From positions 124,001 to 188,000 of IMG/VR virus record IMGVR_UViG_3300030102_006934: DNA of 64,000 bases, one strand, 5' to 3'. The notes beneath the pieces are model-generated. The model worked only from the letters and a program-made list of their open reading frames with translations, ran no database searches and was not told where the DNA came from. Of this stretch, positions 57,545 through 64,000 are shown piece by piece (position 1 is the stretch's first letter; each line of letters starts with the position of its first letter). A program made the position numbers and the translations under genes.

Positions 57545-57910
57545 TTAAAATTGTGTTATTTTATAAACTCTACTCATACTTTTATCACCTTCTGGATTAA
57601 AAAGTTCTCTAGGTTGGTTAAAAGTACCACCAAGAATTCTGAACCCATTTATCCTATCAGTTCTAAATGTTTTCCAACCAGGTTGTATTGTTTTTGTATC
57701 ACCGCCTAATTGATATACTCTTATAATGTCGTTATCTACTAATGAAGAGCCGTAACAATAAACTTCTACCCATCTTTGTCCTTTTCCACCAGGATCTTCT
57801 TCATCGTCATAACGTAAAGTAACGATTCTACGTTTGTTCATCGCTTCCTCTATTTCATTCTTATTAGCAACCTCTAATATAAGGTCTTTAAATAAAGAGT
57901 AAAGTTTCAT
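57545..57910 (-). CDS. stand-alone WYL-like protein with MKLYSLFKDLILE leader (start 57910)
   Basis: IEEAM..RRIVTLRY...R.VEVYCYG....RVYQ...WKTFRTDRI. Confidence 0.7.
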   Translation of the reverse strand: MKLYSLFKDLILEVANKNEIEEAMNKRRIVTLRYDDEEDPGGKGQRWVEVYCYGSSLVDNDIIRVYQLGGDTKTIQPGWKTFRTDRINGFRILGGTFNQPRELFNPEGDKSMSRVYKITQF

Positions 57911-57911
57911 T

Positions 57912-58262
57912 TTACCAATATTGTTGGTTGTAATCAATATTGTTGTAACCACTACCTGGTTTGTACTTATTACCAGAAGAATAAAGTAAAGTTTTTACTT
58001 TTTGTTTATCCGTTTTTGTACCAACACCTTTTCCAGAATCACCTCTACCATATTCATCACCATCACTAACCGCGTTTGGGTGAGTACTATCGTACCTATC
58101 ACTATCAACGTCTGTGTACTGATTGAACTTTATGTTATCTTTTCTAATGGTTTCAGCAGTTTCTTTAAGTGATGGTAGTTGGTTTAACAATCCACCTGGT
58201 CCAAAATCCTCTACTGATGAGTTGTCAGTTAGGATTGGGGATATTTTTTGTCCTTGTGCCAT
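57912..58262 (-). CDS. hypothetical protein
   Basis: HPNAVSDGDEYGRG; in operon. Confidence 0.6.
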   Translation of the reverse strand: MAQGQKISPILTDNSSVEDFGPGGLLNQLPSLKETAETIRKDNIKFNQYTDVDSDRYDSTHPNAVSDGDEYGRGDSGKGVGTKTDKQKVKTLLYSSGNKYKPGSGYNNIDYNQQYW

Positions 58263-58735
58263 GATTTTTTATTTTTATATATCTCATTTATTAATGAATC
58301 TACGATTCCTATATTATAAATACCCTCTTGTCTCAAAATTTTATTAACGTCTGAGTCATGTTGGTCTATTTTAATACCGTCTTTAGTATGTGTTTTTATG
58401 TATTGGTTGGGCATTCCTATGGAACTCATCGCTTTTTTCTTACCTTCTATATCCATCCTTAAGTCATTCAGACTTATATTAACCCAATCCTTCATTTTAC
58501 TACCACCATTTAGTAAGTAGGGAGTATCGTTTCTGTTACCCTCAAAGTTGTCAAAGAAGTTTTTTATTCTTTTAAGTTGTTCATAACTTATTTCATCCGA
58601 ATCACATAAATTTTTTAATCTACTAAAACCTTCTTTTTTTTGGTCACCTCTATAGGCGTTATATATTTTAAGTAAGTGTTTTTTTAATTCACTATCTATC
58701 TTTATGCATTTACCCTTAAGTGAACTATTAGCCAT
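58229..58735 (-). CDS. hypothetical protein
   Basis: LKRIKNFF..LNGG..MKDWV; C-terminal KILRQE..LINE. Confidence 0.6.
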   Translation of the reverse strand: MANSSLKGKCIKIDSELKKHLLKIYNAYRGDQKKEGFSRLKNLCDSDEISYEQLKRIKNFFDNFEGNRNDTPYLLNGGSKMKDWVNISLNDLRMDIEGKKKAMSSIGMPNQYIKTHTKDGIKIDQHDSDVNKILRQEGIYNIGIVDSLINEIYKNKKSWHKDKKYPQS

Positions 58736-59295
58736 TATTTTATTTTATTTTTTAAAATATTTTTATATTCAGAAGGAACATCACTCAAATCTAAGTCTAG
58801 TAAGTAGTTTATAACTACCGCTATTTCCTCACCAGAAGAAATATTCTTTTCTATAATATCTTTTAAGGCACTAACTTTTCTTATTAAGATTGGATTGGTT
58901 TCTCTGATAAATTCAAGATTAGGTATTTTATCTAATTTAATACTAGAATCCTTTTTTTCAACAAATTCTTTATCGAAATCTTTTTTTGTGAAGATACCCT
59001 CTAATACAGATTTAGATTCTTTTATTTTTTTCTTTTTAGATTTCTTTTTACCCTTTTTCTTTTTAGTGTCCTCTTTTGGTTCTTTAACATCAGCATTTGT
59101 CTCATCATCTTCAGTATAAAAGGACCTAAACATATATAAACTTTTTCCCTGTTTAGTGGCTTTCATGTAATCATCAGTTGTAACTGGTGGTTCTGAAGGT
59201 GAGGTAGTCATGGAATTTATTTGGTCTATCTTATAGTCACCCCCTATTTTAGAGCCATTTTTATTCACTAATTCAGATAATAAAATGATATTCAT
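58735..59295 (-). CDS. hypothetical late protein with Lys-rich segment
   Basis: late motif at 59309-59316. Confidence 0.6.
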   Translation of the reverse strand: MNIILLSELVNKNGSKIGGDYKIDQINSMTTSPSEPPVTTDDYMKATKQGKSLYMFRSFYTEDDETNADVKEPKEDTKKKKGKKKSKKKKIKESKSVLEGIFTKKDFDKEFVEKKDSSIKLDKIPNLEFIRETNPILIRKVSALKDIIEKNISSGEEIAVVINYLLDLDLSDVPSEYKNILKNKIK

Positions 59296-59347
59296 AATAT
59301 TTTTATCTATAAATATCTTTTATTTATTAATAAATTAACTTTTTTAT

Positions 59348-62221
59348 TTAAAAATACTCTTTTTCTTCCTTAGATTGTATCTTACCACTAAGTCTATCAT
59401 TAATCATGTAGTTAGAATCTACTGATTGATTAGACCAAAACACCAATTCTTCCTCGCTAGGTGTTAGTAGTTCATTTAAATCGTCTTGGTCCCCTGGTTT
59501 ACTAGATATACCATTAACCAACTCTAACTCACTTCTAGTAAAAAATTGTTTTTCGGATGGGTCGGTTATTAGTAAAGATTCTCTAATATGTGTTCTAAAA
59601 ACAACTAACAAAGGTTCTACTTTTTTATTAAAAGCTTCAACATATTTAGGTACATTATACTCCCCTTTTAGATTTGGGTTTTTATCCATCTGTTCTGAAG
59701 TAATTAGATAAGAGTTAAAGATTAAAGTTCCTTCTACTGGGTCAGTTTTTCTTTTTCTAACCTGTATATCACCATGTGATTTTCTAGTACCATTATTAAC
59801 ATAATACACACTATCACCTAATTGTGGTTCAATACCTTCTTTAATCAATAACTCCATGTGGGCTTGTCTAGGTAACGGTTGTCCATTTTTGTTGTTACCC
59901 CTACGCTTATATTGTTTAATAGTTTTTTTGACCTTAGAATTGTTAGCTATCTCAGATAGTGGTATGTCCATATTATATATCCTTTCTAAATATTCATTAT
60001 AATAATCCACAAATTCCTTACCTTGGCCATCTAATAACATTTTAATACCCTTATTTAAAAAGGTTTTTATGTATTTTTGTATAGTCTTACCTTTGATGGT
60101 ATTACCAGTCAATTTAATTTTACCATTTGGTTTTAGTGTTGCATAATTTTTCCTAGATAAATTAATTGTTGCTGGCCAAAGTTCATCAATGTCTAACCCC
60201 ATCGCTTCGTGCATGAATCTGTCATTGTATTCAGCAACGTCAGCCTCAATACCTTCATAAGTTTTACCTTTTTCTACAAATCTATGTAACCCCATACCAA
60301 CATACTTATGTTCTCTAACTTTTTGTCCATAGGAAAAGTTAACACCGTCAGTGTCTAAAACTAGTGGGTCATAACCCCTATCAATAAAGAATTGTATCAT
60401 ATGTCTAAGGTATTGCCTACCCGTACATGTAATCATTTCCCCAATATTAATATCACCCCAAGGAAATATGTACGGAGCTGAAATAGAACCAAAAGCTGAA
60501 TTATTAAATATTTTTATAGGTAACTGTTTTTTGTCGAACTTACTACCTAATTTATTGTTACCATCTTTATAATATTTACCAGCCAAATATTTGTACTCAT
60601 TACGAGTATCCAAAAGATAACGTAACATGGCTCTTAAAGCTCCTGATATATCTACTTTTGGAAAAACTTCGTGTGTTAACTGTATCGATGGGTAAAGAGA
60701 AGCATAATCAAACTTAGCTATATTTTGACTAAATCCTAATTTTAAAAGTCTAGATAACCCCCCAACAAAATCTCTCTTCGGTTGTGTATCGGGTAATGCT
60801 AAACCGTTTTCGTATGACCAAGCCATCATAAGTGTTTTCCACATTGTGGCCGTACCCATAGTAATAGACCTTGTAAAATTAGTTGGTACTAAAGCTGCGG
60901 TTAAAAACCCAGCTTGTGTGTAGGTGTCATCTACTTGTTCTGTCTCTAAAAGATCATCATTTAAGTATTCAGTTAATAAAAACCTACCATCCACTATTTT
61001 CCACTCATCTTTATAACCATACATTACTTCACCATCTACCATTTTAGGGGAGGGTTTAGTACCATCAAGTGAGTACCACTGACCAGATGTTGGGTTATAG
61101 TTATAATCCCTATTTTCTTTCCATATTTTACCTAACTGACCACCATCTATGTAGACCCTATTATCTCTTTCTATACCAGCTTCTTTAGCTATATATTTCA
61201 AACTACCACTTTGTAAACTAGAATTTAATGCCATAGCTTGTCTAACCCTATGGTAAGTATCCATAATATTATAACCCCACATGGTGGTTTGATTATACTC
61301 CTCTATCTCTGCACCCAATTTTAATGTAGAAGGTTTTCTATAACAACCCACTAATGGGTGTTTTGTTTTTATTATCTCATTCTCTATGTTGATAGCTGTT
61401 ACTCTACCAGTTTTCTTAGATTTTTTTATTTTACTTTCAGAAATACCCAATAACTCCATTCTACGAAAAATGTAATTCCAGTCAAAATTCTCAGAATTGT
61501 AACCGATAATTATGGTAGGTTGTATTTCGTGTATAATCTCAAAAAATTCTTCATACATCATTTTTTCATACTCCTGATTGTAATCACCATTAGCGTCATA
61601 TGCGGTGAGTATTTTTTTAAAACCTCTATTGTCTTTAATACCAATCATAAAAGAATGTCCAGTTTCTGGTGTTAAACTAGTGGTTTCGATATCAAAAGTT
61701 AGTTTATGTACTTCCGTATAATCCTCATAACCTTTAAAAAGTCTTTTACCCGTTTGAATCATAAATTGTTCAACTGGTGATAGTATTTGTACCAAATTTT
61801 TATCTCTATCCCAAGGGTTGATCCCACCCCTTTTGAGGAAATCAACTAAATTTCTATAAGTACCAGTAGTTTTTACAATATATTTGTAACCATCTTCTAA
61901 CCTCTTATTATCACCTGTCTGTAATTTTTCGGTATAGATACCAAACTTCTTAGCATTTTCTGTTATTTTATCTAAATCATCATCATAAAATCCACTACCT
62001 CTTAATGATTTAGTCCAACAAAATGGTGTAAATTTTTGTGTTTTTATTTTTTTACCCTTTTTAGGGTCGTCAATAACAATATAAACTCTGTTTGTTTCGT
62101 CAATTGACCAATCACCTGTTTGGTCTAACTCTATGGATACGATGTACTTTTCATCGTCATGACCCTCTAGAAATTTTTTAATGTCTTCGGGTGTTGCCTG
62201 TTTTATTTCTCCTTCATTCAT
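59348..62221 (-). CDS. family B DNA polymerase
   Basis: FDIETT, GYNSENFD, FDYASLYPS, KIFNNSAFG, LDTDG, KNY. Confidence 0.95.
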   Translation of the reverse strand: MNEGEIKQATPEDIKKFLEGHDDEKYIVSIELDQTGDWSIDETNRVYIVIDDPKKGKKIKTQKFTPFCWTKSLRGSGFYDDDLDKITENAKKFGIYTEKLQTGDNKRLEDGYKYIVKTTGTYRNLVDFLKRGGINPWDRDKNLVQILSPVEQFMIQTGKRLFKGYEDYTEVHKLTFDIETTSLTPETGHSFMIGIKDNRGFKKILTAYDANGDYNQEYEKMMYEEFFEIIHEIQPTIIIGYNSENFDWNYIFRRMELLGISESKIKKSKKTGRVTAINIENEIIKTKHPLVGCYRKPSTLKLGAEIEEYNQTTMWGYNIMDTYHRVRQAMALNSSLQSGSLKYIAKEAGIERDNRVYIDGGQLGKIWKENRDYNYNPTSGQWYSLDGTKPSPKMVDGEVMYGYKDEWKIVDGRFLLTEYLNDDLLETEQVDDTYTQAGFLTAALVPTNFTRSITMGTATMWKTLMMAWSYENGLALPDTQPKRDFVGGLSRLLKLGFSQNIAKFDYASLYPSIQLTHEVFPKVDISGALRAMLRYLLDTRNEYKYLAGKYYKDGNNKLGSKFDKKQLPIKIFNNSAFGSISAPYIFPWGDINIGEMITCTGRQYLRHMIQFFIDRGYDPLVLDTDGVNFSYGQKVREHKYVGMGLHRFVEKGKTYEGIEADVAEYNDRFMHEAMGLDIDELWPATINLSRKNYATLKPNGKIKLTGNTIKGKTIQKYIKTFLNKGIKMLLDGQGKEFVDYYNEYLERIYNMDIPLSEIANNSKVKKTIKQYKRRGNNKNGQPLPRQAHMELLIKEGIEPQLGDSVYYVNNGTRKSHGDIQVRKRKTDPVEGTLIFNSYLITSEQMDKNPNLKGEYNVPKYVEAFNKKVEPLLVVFRTHIRESLLITDPSEKQFFTRSELELVNGISSKPGDQDDLNELLTPSEEELVFWSNQSVDSNYMINDRLSGKIQSKEEKEYF

Positions 62222-62362
62222 AATTTTTGATTTTTTTGGACGGGTTAAATCTTAACCACTCGTATTGTTTGATTTTAATTATAGATAAAATAAGATTCAT
62301 AGTAAAGACACATATTTAGAAAGATTAATAAATGTGGTGCATATTTATAAGAAAAAACAATA

Positions 62363-63511
62363 ATGAGTTTAATTATATCTGATTCTGAAAGAGAAAAATT
62401 GTTTAGACAAGTAAAACACCGATTAGGTGCACCAATAAGAAAAATCGAGTTAGAGGATGAAATGTTGGAAACCTTATTAGAGATTTCAATAGAAGATCAT
62501 TCGTCTTACATAAATGAGTGGTTAATAGAATCACAGTGGACTTCTTTATATGGTAAAGATTTGACCACAACAGATTTAACCAAAGCTTTAACAGTTAGAG
62601 AAATGGCCTATGAAGATTCTTTTACTTATGCCTATTCTAAGATTGTTGGGTTACAGGCTAGAGGTCCTTGGGAACTTAAAAAAGATTATGTCACAGTTAA
62701 AGCTGGGCAACAAGTTTATGAAATACCAGCAGGTAGAGAAATAAATGAAGTTTTATGGATTACACCACCTACAATAGATCACGCACTTTATGCTTCATAT
62801 GGTTTTGGGGATGCAGGTTTTGGTGGTGGTTTTGGTCAACTACCCTTCGCTGGTGGGGGTGGAGGTTTGGGATATGGAGGATTCTTTTTAGGTTCTTCTT
62901 ACGATATTTTAAGTAGAGACGCCGATTATAGTCTAAAACAAAGAATTATTTCTGGTGATTTAATTTATAAAATAACGGCTGGAGCAAATGGTACTAAATT
63001 ACTACATCTAATACCACCCCCAGGTTCAAGAATAATCTTTGGTACAATCGGTGGAGGAAGAAATGGTATTGATGTCACAGGTAGTAAGGTTTGGTACCAT
63101 TATTATGAAACTAAAGATGACGATGACAGAAAAAGATGTCTTAATGATAATAAGGATATAGTTAAATTACCTTCAGACGTTCCTATTGATGTTGTTGACT
63201 TTGATGAATTAAATACACCCTCCAAACAATGGGTTAGAGATTATTTTACGGCTATGTGTAAAGAAACCCTAGGTAGAGTTAGAGGTAAATTTAGTGGTTC
63301 TTTAGGTATAACTGACGCAGATGTTACTATGGATTATGATTCATTATTAAATGAGTCTAAAGAAGATAAAGATAAACTTTGGGAAAGACTGAAAGAAAGA
63401 TTAGAAAGACTAAGACCAGACAAGATGTTAGAAAGAAAGGCTTTAGAGGCAGAAAATTTAAACAAGTCATTACAATTTAGACCGTTGGGTCATCATTGGA
63501 ACGTTATTTAA
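62363..63511 (+). CDS. neck/head-completion protein (T4 gp13-like)
   Basis: RLGAPIRKIEL..E, WVRDY..A.CKE.LG.VRGKF; late motif at 62341. Confidence 0.75.
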   Translation: MSLIISDSEREKLFRQVKHRLGAPIRKIELEDEMLETLLEISIEDHSSYINEWLIESQWTSLYGKDLTTTDLTKALTVREMAYEDSFTYAYSKIVGLQARGPWELKKDYVTVKAGQQVYEIPAGREINEVLWITPPTIDHALYASYGFGDAGFGGGFGQLPFAGGGGGLGYGGFFLGSSYDILSRDADYSLKQRIISGDLIYKITAGANGTKLLHLIPPPGSRIIFGTIGGGRNGIDVTGSKVWYHYYETKDDDDRKRCLNDNKDIVKLPSDVPIDVVDFDELNTPSKQWVRDYFTAMCKETLGRVRGKFSGSLGITDADVTMDYDSLLNESKEDKDKLWERLKERLERLRPDKMLERKALEAENLNKSLQFRPLGHHWNVI

Positions 63512-63513
63512 TT

Positions 63514-64000
63514 ATGTCAGGAATTTTTAATACAAGACCTAGGTTTCAAGATAGAGATATGAAACAAATGAGTGGTGACACTATGACACTTTCTGGTGAC
63601 ACCATAATCACAGGTAATTTAGCGTATAATAATGGCGCTACTATTGGTTATGTTTTAACAGCTATAGACACTAATGGTAATGTTGGTTGGTCACCATTAT
63701 CATCGGTAACACCAGGTATTTTTTGGACTTCTGGTTCAACTAACTTAAGTAATATAATTGCTGACAATGGTACTGGTACGGATGCTACAGGTCAGTTTGC
63801 GGTCTCTTGGGGTAAGGGTAATTTGTCTAGTGGATTTCTTTCTACCTCCATGGGTCAAGATAATTTAGCTTCTGGACCTACTTCTTTAGCTCAAGGTAGG
63901 GATACTATAGCTTCTGGTTTTTATTCACATTCACAAGGTTCTCTAACTAAGGCTAGTGGTGATAGTTCTCACGCGGAAGGTGATAATACTTTAGCTAGTG
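63514..64000 (+). CDS. fibre protein with YadA-head-like repeats (runs off the window; not in ORF track)
   Basis: hand-translated MSGIFNTRPRF..GYVLTA..GNVGW..ASG..S.AQG..T.ASG..SHAEG 14-residue repeats. Confidence 0.75.
   Translation, partial: MSGIFNTRPRFQDRDMKQMSGDTMTLSGDTIITGNLAYNNGATIGYVLTAIDTNGNVGWSPLSSVTPGIFWTSGSTNLSNIIADNGTGTDATGQFAVSWGKGNLSSGFLSTSMGQDNLASGPTSLAQGRDTIASGFYSHSQGSLTKASGDSSHAEGDNTLAS

Noticed and set aside
363-59119. Many antisense or alternate-frame ORFs in the track (e.g. 3310-3696, 11890-12336, 16889-17308, 30388-30861, 41906-42295)
   Set aside because: They lie within well-supported genes, have shadow-type composition and show no independent signals.
21279-62221. Inteins or introns in terL, MCP or polB
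   Set aside because: No intein splice motifs, homing-endonuclease motifs or frame breaks seen; lengths are explained by ordinary insertions.
1-64000. Stop-codon reassignment, as seen in some large Bacteroidota phages
   Set aside because: Core genes are full length in the standard code, and TAG and TGA both end genes at sensible positions.
1-64000. tRNA or rRNA genes
   Set aside because: No cloverleaf with a T-loop found by eye in the short intergenic gaps; tRNAscan-SE was not run.

Overview
Very AT-rich 64-kb segment of a large T4-like (myovirus-type, probably jumbo) bacteriophage genome that reads well in the standard code. The host is inferred to be Bacteroidota, from TTTG-N19-TAnnTTTG promoters, A-rich SD-less leaders and a DUF4494-like gene. 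The mostly + strand left part (1-37.3 kb) holds fibre and LamG proteins, a DHH phosphoesterase, ClpC, a Pol-beta-type nucleotidyltransferase and the head module (terminase, portal, prohead protease, scaffold, major capsid protein), with many small orphan genes between them. The mostly - strand right part (37.4-62.2 kb) holds baseplate genes, a gp55-like sigma factor, PhoH, a ~13-kb glycosylation cluster with nonulosonic-acid genes (NeuB, NeuA, Maf-like), dUTPase, an exonuclease, an HslV/proteasome-beta-like protein, a WYL protein and family B DNA polymerase. A neck gene and a partial fibre gene follow on +. Most notable: (i) a dozen or more unrelated late proteins share short N-terminal leaders ending in (I/L)-x-E, suggesting a tag-and-cleave system that loads cargo into the head; the nucleotidyltransferase looks like a polyprotein punctuated by such sites plus a D-(F/L)-D-W-x-(K/R)-D-V motif; (ii) a phage sialic-acid-like glycosylation pathway sits alongside a pervasive (S/T)-G-x-T motif in virion proteins; (iii) an ATATTTAT late-promoter motif precedes about 19 transcription units. 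All product calls come from motif recognition by eye; no database searches were run.
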